A stretch of 64,000 nt of DNA from Abditibacterium sp. (lineage in GTDB: Bacteria > Armatimonadota > Abditibacteriia > Abditibacteriales > Abditibacteriaceae), in assembly GCA_965199495.1 (NCBI GenBank), contig CBDASK010000003.1, positions 4,640,001-4,704,000 on the forward strand. Direction: 5' to 3'. The translations under genes were made by a program, and so were the position numbers. Below are positions 29,862-38,103 of this stretch, piece after piece (positions within the stretch are counted from its first letter, which is position 1; every line of letters begins with the position of its first letter). Under the pieces are notes generated by a model that did no database searches, had not been told where the DNA came from, and was given only the letters and a program-made list of their open reading frames with translations.

Positions 29862-30899
29862 ATGAAAACTCTTTCTTTCCTGTGCGTTCTCCTCGTCTCG
29901 TTGTCTTTGGTGCCGCAAACGCAGGCAAAACCCGCCGCATCGCGCGTTTTGCAGACGCACGGCGCGACCGTCACGGCGCTGGCTTACGCGCCCAACGGCA
30001 AAACTTTGGCGAGCGCCGACGAAGGCGGGCGCGTAAAATTAACCGATGTTACCACGGGCAAAACCAAGCTGACGTTTCGTTATCGAGAAAAAGTCAGCGC
30101 GTTGGCCTACGCGCCCGATGGGAAAATGTTGGCGGTCGGGCGCGCGAAGGAAATTCGCTTACTCAATCCGCAAACGGCGGCGCCGATTCGCGTTTTGAAG
30201 TTGAATGATCTGGTTGGCGAGTCGCTCGAATTTTCGGCAGATAGTTCCCGAATTATCAGCATTGAAGGACGGTATTTTGATGCTGAACACTTCCATGTCA
30301 AAGTATGGAATCCTCAAACCGGCGCGTTGCTTCGCAATTGGCTCGTCAGCGACGCAACAGCCACGGCGGCGACCATTTCGCCCGACGGCAAAACAGCGGC
30401 GGCGGCGCTAATTAGTAGCGACGCCTTTGGCGGCGGCGTGCGTTTATGGGACATTGCGACGGGCAAAGAAACTGCTACATGGACGGATAATTCCGACAAA
30501 GAAGAAACTCTGGTTTACGCCGTCCAGTTTTCGCCCGATGGCAAACGCATCGCTGGAACAGGCGGTTACTTCGAGAGCGCGGGCCATCTTAGCGTATGGA
30601 ATACCGCCACTGGTGCGCTGCATTTTGGACGCACGTTTAACGATTTCGGCACCGCACTGGCATGGTCGCCCAACAGTTCGCGCCTCGCGGTTGGCACTTC
30701 TTACGATACGACCTACGACGAGCCGAAGAAGTTGCACCAACCGATGGGCGCGCCAATTTTCAACGCAGCCAGCGGGAATTGGCAGCAATCGTTGCAGCGG
30801 ACGCCCCACGCAATCATGGCTCTCTCTTTCGCGCCCGACGGGCAGACAATCGCTATCGGCGCTGGGAAAATTGTTCGTCTATGGCGCGTCAGCAGTTGA
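29862..30899 (+). CDS. Secreted WD40-repeat protein
   Basis: Signal peptide; LAYAPNGKTLASA, VRLWDIATGK, FSPDGKRIA. Confidence 0.9.
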   Translation: MKTLSFLCVLLVSLSLVPQTQAKPAASRVLQTHGATVTALAYAPNGKTLASADEGGRVKLTDVTTGKTKLTFRYREKVSALAYAPDGKMLAVGRAKEIRLLNPQTAAPIRVLKLNDLVGESLEFSADSSRIISIEGRYFDAEHFHVKVWNPQTGALLRNWLVSDATATAATISPDGKTAAAALISSDAFGGGVRLWDIATGKETATWTDNSDKEETLVYAVQFSPDGKRIAGTGGYFESAGHLSVWNTATGALHFGRTFNDFGTALAWSPNSSRLAVGTSYDTTYDEPKKLHQPMGAPIFNAASGNWQQSLQRTPHAIMALSFAPDGQTIAIGAGKIVRLWRVSS

Positions 30900-30926
30900 A
30901 CATTCGTTTTCTATCAAACTTAACCT

Positions 30927-32750
30927 ATGCTTCGCCCTGCGCCCGATAAACCCAAAAAACCGATTCATCCCCAAACGCTCAAACGCGTGATTACGACGTT
31001 TAGCCACTATCGCCCGCAGATCATCGGCATTTTCGTTTTGGTTTTGGCGAGCGCGGGTTTAGGCATTTTGTCGCCGTTTTTCCTCAAAGCCCTTATCAAT
31101 CAGGGTTTGCTCAAAAGCGATTTCGGCGTTATCAGCTACTACTCGTGGCTGACGCTCGCAGCCACGCTGGGCGCGACGGTGCTGGGATTGGGTTTCGGAT
31201 TTCTGTCGTTGTGGGTCGGCCAGCAAATCATGCGCGATTTGCGCAACCGCTTGAATGAACATTTGCAGGGCATGTCGCTGCGCTTTTTCACCGCGACGCG
31301 CACCGGCGAAATTCAATCGCGTTTGGTTTCCGATGTCGGCGGCGTGCAAAACGTTTTGTCCAACACCGTCTCCGATGTTTTATCCAACGTCGCCATCGTA
31401 ATTTCCACGCTCGTCGCCATGATTTTCATGGATTGGCGCCTAACGTTATTGAGCGTCGGAATGTTGCCGTTGTTCGCCCTACTCGCCGCCAAAGTCGGCG
31501 ATTTCGCGCGCGGATTGCGCAAAACCTCGCAGGAACAGTTGGCCGATCTCAACGCGACGACGCAGGAAACGTTGTCAGTTTCGGGCGTTTTGCTCACCAA
31601 AACCAGCGGGCGCCGCGCGCGCGTTATCGAACATTTTCGCGAGGAAAACGACGCTTTAACTTCAACTGAAATCCGGCTTTCGATGATCATGCGCGTCTTC
31701 TTCAACATGATCGGTTTGACTTTTAGCTTAACGCCGATTTTCGTCTATTGGCTGGCCGGTTATCTCATCATCGGTCTCAAAGACACGCATTTGACGTTGG
31801 GCACAATCGTCGCTTTCACCGCGCTGCAAACGCGCTTGTTTTTTCCGCTCACAAGTTTGCTCAACGTGCAAGTCGAAGTGAATAGCGCGCTCGCGTTGTT
31901 CGACCGCATCTTTGAATATCTCGATTTAAAACAAGATATTACCGATTCGCCCAGCGCGATAACGCTGGCGCCTAATCAAATCGTCGGCGAAGTCAGTTTT
32001 CGCGATGTCTCGTTTCGCTACGATTCCGATCAAGACGAACCGACTTTGGACGATATCAATTTATCGGCCAAGCCGGGCGAACAAATCGCTTTAGTTGGCG
32101 CTTCGGGCGCGGGCAAAACGACGTTGACTTATCTGATTCCGCGTCTCTACGACACCAATTCGGGCACTGTTTCGATTGACGGGCACGATGTCAAAGATAT
32201 TTCCCTTGATTCGCTCGGCCAAATCATCGGCGTCGTGACGCAGGAAAGTTATCTGTTGCACGATACGATTCGCGAAAACTTGCGTTATGGTCGCCCCGAC
32301 GCGACCGATGAAGAATTGGAAGAAGCCGCGCGAGCCGCCGCGATTCACGATCATATTGCGACGTTGCCCGAAGGTTACGACACCGTTGTCGGCGAACGTG
32401 GCTACAAGTTGAGCGGCGGCCAAAAACAACGCATCGCGATTGCGCGCGCGATTCTGAAAAACCCACGCATCTTAATCCTCGATGAAGCCACGTCGGCCTT
32501 GGACACGCAAAGCGAACGTTTAATTCAAGACGCTTTGGCGCGCTTGGCCGTGGGTCGCACCACTTTTTCCATCGCGCACCGTTTGTCCACAGTTTTGGCG
32601 GCGGACATGATTTTGGTAATGGAACAGGGCCGTATCATCGAACGCGGCACGCACAGCGAATTATTGGAACGCGATGGCGCTTATGCACGATTATACGAAG
32701 CGCAATTTGCTAACGGAAAAGCCGAATTATACGACGGCGCTTTGGGTTGA
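30927..32750 (+). CDS. ABC exporter, fused permease/ATPase
   Basis: GASGAGKTT Walker A, LSGGQKQRIAIARA, ILDEATSALD, IAHRLST. Confidence 0.95.
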   Translation: MLRPAPDKPKKPIHPQTLKRVITTFSHYRPQIIGIFVLVLASAGLGILSPFFLKALINQGLLKSDFGVISYYSWLTLAATLGATVLGLGFGFLSLWVGQQIMRDLRNRLNEHLQGMSLRFFTATRTGEIQSRLVSDVGGVQNVLSNTVSDVLSNVAIVISTLVAMIFMDWRLTLLSVGMLPLFALLAAKVGDFARGLRKTSQEQLADLNATTQETLSVSGVLLTKTSGRRARVIEHFREENDALTSTEIRLSMIMRVFFNMIGLTFSLTPIFVYWLAGYLIIGLKDTHLTLGTIVAFTALQTRLFFPLTSLLNVQVEVNSALALFDRIFEYLDLKQDITDSPSAITLAPNQIVGEVSFRDVSFRYDSDQDEPTLDDINLSAKPGEQIALVGASGAGKTTLTYLIPRLYDTNSGTVSIDGHDVKDISLDSLGQIIGVVTQESYLLHDTIRENLRYGRPDATDEELEEAARAAAIHDHIATLPEGYDTVVGERGYKLSGGQKQRIAIARAILKNPRILILDEATSALDTQSERLIQDALARLAVGRTTFSIAHRLSTVLAADMILVMEQGRIIERGTHSELLERDGAYARLYEAQFANGKAELYDGALG

Positions 32751-32768
32751 GACGTGAACAAGATTTTT

Positions 32769-32901
32769 GCCACAAAAACACAGAATTCACAAAAGGCACA
32801 AAAGAGTGCAAAATAGTTAGTCGAATTTTCTTCATTGAGAAATTGTTCTTCAAAGCCTTTTGAATTTTTTGTGCCTTTTGTGAATTCTGTGTTTTTGTGG
32901 C
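32769..32901. repeat. Inverted repeat, family D (CAC-AA periodic arms)
   Basis: Perfect 35-bp arms 32769-32803 and 32867-32901 between convergent genes. Confidence 0.85.
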
Positions 32902-32908
32902 GAATAAT

Positions 32909-34069
32909 TTATCTAACGCCCGTCAGCACGTCGAAAACCAACTGATCCAGCTTCTCATAGGGCAACGGACGCTTGAGCATCGCGGGCATATCAAACTCTT
33001 GCGATTTCAACTTATCAGCGACCTCGGATGAATAGCCACCGGCATAAGAAGTCGGGCCTCTACTATTTAATTCGTTGAAAATCGCCTGAATTTCGGCGTC
33101 AGCGTCGAACTGTGCGGCTTTGTCGGCCAGCACTTGATAGGTTTTCATGCAACCGATGGCGAACTGTTTTACGTCGTCCATATCAGAGGTGCGCAAGGCG
33201 TGCGCGTCGAAATGGCGCATACCGTCGTATTTGTTGTCTTCGAGCAATTTGACGAGGAAGAAGTTGTTTTTGATGTCTTCCTGACCAAAGCGCAAATCTT
33301 GGTCGTAACGGCCCGGCTTCTGGCCGTTGAGATCAATATGAAACAGTTTCCCGGCGTCAATTGCCTGCGCGATGTTGTGGGTGAAGTTCAATCCAGCGAT
33401 GGTATCGTGGGCGAATTCGGGGTTGACGCCGACGTTTTCGGGATTGTCCAAGGTTTCGATGAAAGCGAGGGCGTGGCCGGTTGTCGCCAGATAAATATCG
33501 CCGCGTGGCTCATTGGGCTTGGGTTCGATGGCGAGTTTGAAATCGTAACCCTGTTCGCGCTGGTAAGCGTTCAAAAAGTTGAGCGATTCGCGCATCCACT
33601 TCAACGGATCGAGCGGATTTTTGGCGGCTTCCACTTCGGAGCCTTCGCGTCCGCCCCAGAAAACGTAGATTTGGGCGCCCAGTTCGGCGCCCAAATCCAT
33701 CGCGCGCATCGTCTTTTGCACGGCGAATTCGCGCACGCGCGGGTCGGACGAAGTAAACGCGCCGTCTTTAAAAATAGGTTGCGAAAACAAATTCGTCGTC
33801 GCCATCGGCACTTTGATGCCAGTTTCAGCCAAAGTTTTCTTGAATGTCGCGACGATCTGATTATGTTCGTCGGCGGACGAACCAAACGGCACCAAATCGT
33901 TGTCGTGCAAATTGACACCATAAGCGCCAACTTCGGCCAACAAACGCACGGCATCGTTGGGATCCATGATGTCGCGTGTCGGCTCGCCAAACGGATCGCG
34001 GCCCGGATTGCCGACAGTCCACAAGCCGAAGGTGAAATGATACTTGGAGTTGGGAGTGAAATCGCTCAT
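32909..34069 (-). CDS. xylA: Xylose isomerase (class I, actinobacterial type)
   Basis: [53 protein letters not shown]; alternative ATG at 34090. Confidence 0.95.
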   Translation of the reverse strand: MSDFTPNSKYHFTFGLWTVGNPGRDPFGEPTRDIMDPNDAVRLLAEVGAYGVNLHDNDLVPFGSSADEHNQIVATFKKTLAETGIKVPMATTNLFSQPIFKDGAFTSSDPRVREFAVQKTMRAMDLGAELGAQIYVFWGGREGSEVEAAKNPLDPLKWMRESLNFLNAYQREQGYDFKLAIEPKPNEPRGDIYLATTGHALAFIETLDNPENVGVNPEFAHDTIAGLNFTHNIAQAIDAGKLFHIDLNGQKPGRYDQDLRFGQEDIKNNFFLVKLLEDNKYDGMRHFDAHALRTSDMDDVKQFAIGCMKTYQVLADKAAQFDADAEIQAIFNELNSRGPTSYAGGYSSEVADKLKSQEFDMPAMLKRPLPYEKLDQLVFDVLTGVR

Positions 34070-34210
34070 GTCGTTAGAATGGGGAAACATATAGCATTCT
34101 ACAACAAGTGCGCGCGAACATTCGAGGCGATTTCAAAACCCTTAAAACGCGCCCTGAAGCGACGGCATAACAGGCGACTTGGTCAAACACGGCCACGCCA
34201 GTCGGATGGT

Positions 34211-34251
34211 AAAAAGGCCACAGCGTTTTCGTTAAACGCTGTGGCCTTTTT
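34211..34251. terminator. Intrinsic terminator
   Basis: AAAAAGGCCACAGCGTTT-loop-AAACGCTGTGGCCTTTTT. Confidence 0.8.
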
Positions 34252-34515
34252 CTACTCTTCCAAACGCGTATTGCGTTCCAATTCGCTCCGTTCGCCCGCT
34301 TCGATCAACTTTTCCAATGTCGAATATTGGTCAATCGCATGATCGAAGCGCCCGCTAATCAAGCGGGCGCGGCGGCGGGCGGCGTCCACTTTCATCTGGG
34401 CGATGTGGAGTTCGCCCATGCTGCCATAAAAGCTGGCGGCGTCGAACTCATCGTGCGCCGCCAGCAATTCATCCAACGCCGATTTCAGCGTGATTATCTC
34501 GCGCGGCATATTCAT
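34252..34515 (-). CDS. Small helical hypothetical protein
   Basis: AAGGAG RBS then ATG 34515; 87 aa; directly downstream of the AAA gene. Confidence 0.65.
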   Translation of the reverse strand: MNMPREIITLKSALDELLAAHDEFDAASFYGSMGELHIAQMKVDAARRRARLISGRFDHAIDQYSTLEKLIEAGERSELERNTRLEE

Positions 34516-34543
34516 TTTTAGCTCCTTGAACTTACGCTCGCGC

Positions 34544-35569
34544 TCAACCCAAATCTTGGACGGCGCCCGCTTCAGATTCGGATTCTTCGTCATCGAAGGG
34601 GTCGGGTTCGGCGACGAAAGTTTCGTCTTTGAGCCGAAATTTACAGCTTGGCTCGTCCGTCCCTTTGTTGGGACAGACCCAACCGGCGCCACTACGGCCC
34701 GCCACATAGCGCGCGGGCAAACCGCAATCGCAGTGAACGGCATCTTCGTCCGATGATTCTTCGACGACAATCTCAACCGGCGCCGCAACGCGTTTGCGCG
34801 AACGCTGCATTTCCGGCTCGGCTTCGGGCGTGGGCTGAACGGTTTTGGCTTTGGTGATGCGCTCATCGTCGGGCGCGGCGCCGTCGGTGAGCCAGTTCTT
34901 CAAACTGCGCGCGATTTCTTTGCCCGCTTTGTTGAAAACGGCTCCGGCAATCGAGGAACAGCGCGTTTTGCCGACGATCAAGTTGTTGTCCGCGTCAATG
35001 GTCGCAACCACATCGAACTCGTATTCCAAACCGTCGCGCTGAACTGGCGCGAGACCGATTTTGCGAACCGTCGTGCGGCCCGATTTCGGATCTTTCTCCT
35101 GCACATATTCGGTTTTGGCGCGCATCGTCGCGATGATATGAATGCGCGAAGAAACAATCGCGTCAACCATCTGGTTGTGGAGCGGCGAAACGTCGCGCCA
35201 CGCGCCGAAAGTATTGCCCGACTGCGCGCGCTTGGCGGCGCGATCCACCATTTCCAGAGCGCCGTCTTTGCCCGCCCACGCGTGCGACAGCGAATCAATA
35301 ATCAATACATCATAACCGGCTTCCTCGGCGGCTTTGATGGCGTCAACATACATTTTGGGGCCGTAAGATTCCATCTCCATCACGTCGAACTCAAACAAGT
35401 CGGAATACTTGGAGGCGCTGCCGCGCTCGGTGTCAACGACAGCCACGCGGTCGCCCAGGTTTTGCGCGATGGAAAGCGCCGTATAGGTTTTGCCCGCGCC
35501 CGCCACGCCAATCAATGCCATGCGCAGTCGCGCGCTCTTTTTGGTTGCCTTCTGAAATGTCATGCTCAT
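34544..35569 (-). CDS. AAA_24 / Sak4-like P-loop ATPase with C-terminal zinc finger
   Basis: GVAGAGKTYTAL, VVDTERGSA, LIIDSLSHAW, IIATMRAK, QRDGLEYEFD; C-term CDCG...WVC...CKF; GGAGG RBS. Confidence 0.88.
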   Translation of the reverse strand: MSMTFQKATKKSARLRMALIGVAGAGKTYTALSIAQNLGDRVAVVDTERGSASKYSDLFEFDVMEMESYGPKMYVDAIKAAEEAGYDVLIIDSLSHAWAGKDGALEMVDRAAKRAQSGNTFGAWRDVSPLHNQMVDAIVSSRIHIIATMRAKTEYVQEKDPKSGRTTVRKIGLAPVQRDGLEYEFDVVATIDADNNLIVGKTRCSSIAGAVFNKAGKEIARSLKNWLTDGAAPDDERITKAKTVQPTPEAEPEMQRSRKRVAAPVEIVVEESSDEDAVHCDCGLPARYVAGRSGAGWVCPNKGTDEPSCKFRLKDETFVAEPDPFDDEESESEAGAVQDLG

Positions 35570-35644
35570 AATAGTGTGAATTCCTCCGAGGAAATTGCTG
35601 CGATGTCTCGCGCGAATTGTGCGTCATTCGTGCGGCTCGCCCAC

Positions 35645-35673
35645 AGTATACCGAATTCAGTCGAATGAGTGAA
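35645..35673 (-). promoter_or_regulatory. Putative sigma70 promoter of the AAA_24 gene
   Basis: Minus strand TTCACT-17 bp-TATACT. Confidence 0.5.
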
Positions 35674-35739
35674 GACGTTTTAGAAAAATTCTCTGAGAAT
35701 TTTTCGATGTCGGTTATCGGATGTCAGATTTTGGATAAT

Positions 35740-35812
35740 TACGCCCAGAGGGATTCGAACCCCCAGCCGAAGCATTATGAGTGCTTTGCTCTAACCATTG
35801 AGCTATGGGCGC
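35740..35812 (-). tRNA. tRNA with CAT anticodon, probably tRNA-Ile2 (elongator Met not excluded)
   Basis: GCGCCCA/TGGGCGT acceptor stem, AAGCA-CTCATAA-TGCTT anticodon arm, TTCGAAT T-loop; C4 and C5 fit TilS substrates; CCA not encoded. Confidence 0.9.
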
Positions 35813-35865
35813 GCGTGGGATAAAAGGATAAACGATAAAGTCGCAAGACTCAAGTTTGAAAGACG

Positions 35866-36015
35866 AAGGAGCCACCAAGAACACCAAGAACGCACCAAGG
35901 GGCACAAAAGGCAGAAGAAAACATAAAGTAAAAGAAAGTTATTTCTTCGTATTTTGAAGTTCTTCGCGCTTCTTTGTGCCCCTTGGTGCGTTCTTTGTGT
36001 CCTTGGTGGCTCCTT
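35866..36015. repeat. Inverted repeat, family D
   Basis: 43-bp arms 35866-35908 and 35973-36015, two mismatches; CACCAAG units. Confidence 0.85.
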
Positions 36016-36017
36016 GT

Positions 36018-36746
36018 CTAAGCCGGGCCGAAGCGCGTTTGACTATCGGGTGTGACTTCTTTCTGCGCGCGAATGTAGCCGCCGACGGCATCTATTAATT
36101 GAACGTCGGTGGCGCTACTCTGGGCACCGTTCCAGATATTGAAGTAACCCGCCGCGCCTTGCGCGAGCGAAACCGGCATCGCGGCGCGATAGTTTTTTTG
36201 ATCATCCAACGCCTGCCCGCCGACTTGGATGCGCTCGACGCGCGCGCCGACGGCGCCGTTGGAATTAATCGTCGCGGTCAATCCGGCGACCTGCAAGTAG
36301 GCGGGCGAAGCCGTCGGATAAACGCTGGCGGCGCGTTCCAAGGCCGCGCGCAGTTGGGCGCCCGTCAAAACAACCGCGACGATTTTGTCTTCGCCAAACG
36401 CCAGAAGCGGCACGATGTCGGCGCGATCAATCGTCCCACTTTCGAGCGTGCCCGAACGTAAGGCACCCGCGTTAATCAGAGCCACGTCGGCCTTGCCGGT
36501 GGCTCTGATGGCGTCGGCGGCCAGGCGGCCAAAGGCGGTTTCGGATTTGTTGGGACGCAAGTTGGAAAATTCGCCGTTGGCCTTGCCCAGAGTTTGGCCG
36601 ATGGCAACGTTAGCCGTTAAAGCTGTCGCCAAAAGCAGCGCTCCGAGGCTCGCCGCCAGCCGCAAAAAGCGGCGACGCGAGGGCGCGACGGCGCGCGAGG
36701 AACGGGTGCGACGCTGTCGAAGAGAAAGAATGGAGCGCAGTTTCAT
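36018..36746 (-). CDS. 5'-nucleotidase C-terminal domain protein, Tat-exported
   Basis: SRRRFL signal; ETAFGRLAADAIR, ADVALINAGALR, LTGAQLRAALE, YLQVAGL. Confidence 0.85.
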   Translation of the reverse strand: MKLRSILSLRQRRTRSSRAVAPSRRRFLRLAASLGALLLATALTANVAIGQTLGKANGEFSNLRPNKSETAFGRLAADAIRATGKADVALINAGALRSGTLESGTIDRADIVPLLAFGEDKIVAVVLTGAQLRAALERAASVYPTASPAYLQVAGLTATINSNGAVGARVERIQVGGQALDDQKNYRAAMPVSLAQGAAGYFNIWNGAQSSATDVQLIDAVGGYIRAQKEVTPDSQTRFGPA

Positions 36747-36949
36747 GGCGGTTCTTGAAATTAACCTCTACCAGACGCGTCAGATGACAATAAGTTCACA
36801 CGCGTAATCTGGTTTGATACGTCCTGGCTTTGCTCGAATGCGCCAAATTCCCATTTTTCGCCCTTGATTTTCAATTTGTCGCCGATTTTTTGATAACCTG
36901 CTAACCCCGATTAGCGAACGCGTCGTTTAAATTCGGCTTCTTTTTCTTC

Positions 36950-37846
36950 ATGCAAGCGCAACTTTTAGATTTTCTGGCCGATCCGCACGATGGCGGGCCG
37001 CTGACACTTCATCCGTTTGAAACGCACCTCGACAGCACGCGCGATGGCATTCTGCTCAATCCGCGTTCGGGCGATTGGTATGTGGTTCAAGATGGCATTC
37101 CCACTCTCTTCGTGCGCGATTTGCGGCCCGATGACAGCGCCTTTAAAAAGCGCTACGAAAGTCAAATCCGCGCCCTCGGCGGCGAAATTGGCCCGGAAAC
37201 GCGCGAGTTAAAAGGCGATTTCGCGCGCATCGAAAGCGAGCGTCTGGCGCGCGATGAACAGGCGCAGGATTACGATCAGATGATCAGCATGAAAGCGTTG
37301 GCTCTGGTTGAAGTGCCCGCCTACAAACGCGCGATGAGCGAAGAAACCAGTTCGCCCCTCTTCGAGGCCGGTTGCGGAACGGGGCGCTTAACGCATATTT
37401 TCGCAGGTCTGGCTCCGGTCGTCGTGGCCGCCGATATGTCGCGCGATTCGATTGTGCGCAACCGCGCGCGTCATCACGGGCGCACGCGCAATCCCGTGCT
37501 TTACGTTCACTGCGACTTGACTCATTTACCGCTCAAAGATGCCGTTTTTGGCCGTTGCGCCAACGCGGGCGTCTACGAACATATTCCTTCGCGCGAGTTG
37601 CGTTTGCAATTCATCCAACACGCGCGCCGCACCATGAAACCCGGCGGCACGCTGATGCTTTCGGCCTATCGTTATGGCGGACTCACCAAGCGCTTCGAGA
37701 AAGAGGGCGAACACGAAGGCGGCATTCCGTTTTTCCGCTTCACGCCCGAAGAGTTAAAAGAAGAAGTCGGCACACAATTCAAAATCGAAAAATTTATCTC
37801 GAATCTGGGCATTTACATGTCTATGATCGTCGGTCGAGCGGAATAG
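36950..37846 (+). CDS. Trm112-like domain fused to class I SAM-dependent methyltransferase
   Basis: LLDFLADPHDGGPL...YVVQDGIPTL; FEAGCGTGR, AADMS, CDLTHLPL, MKPGGTL. Confidence 0.85.
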   Translation: MQAQLLDFLADPHDGGPLTLHPFETHLDSTRDGILLNPRSGDWYVVQDGIPTLFVRDLRPDDSAFKKRYESQIRALGGEIGPETRELKGDFARIESERLARDEQAQDYDQMISMKALALVEVPAYKRAMSEETSSPLFEAGCGTGRLTHIFAGLAPVVVAADMSRDSIVRNRARHHGRTRNPVLYVHCDLTHLPLKDAVFGRCANAGVYEHIPSRELRLQFIQHARRTMKPGGTLMLSAYRYGGLTKRFEKEGEHEGGIPFFRFTPEELKEEVGTQFKIEKFISNLGIYMSMIVGRAE

Positions 37847-37903
37847 CGGGGCAAGGATGAAGGATAAATCTCTTCAATCCACTTGTTAGCGACAATAACA
37901 GGA

Positions 37904-38068
37904 TTGCACTCGTCTGTCATTTCGAGTGAGGCACGAACCGAGAAATCTTTTGCCCGCGTGGCAACGCAAGTTTCGTTCACATTTACGTTTAGAGAGCATC
38001 ATTTCCGCAGGCGCGGGGCCGTAAGATTTCTCGGTTCGTGCCTCACTCGAAATGACAGGCGAGTGCAA
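37904..38068. repeat. TGTCATT-type inverted repeat, family C
   Basis: 46-bp arms 37904-37949 and 38023-38068, one G-T mismatch. Confidence 0.88.
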
Positions 38069-38103
38069 CTGCGAATCGCCTATTTAGCCTTCAGCCTTTT
38101 CTC

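Noticed and set aside
34252..35812. Prophage or integrative element at the tRNA 3' end
   Set aside because: No integrase or structural genes, and no duplicated tRNA end (att) seen in the window.
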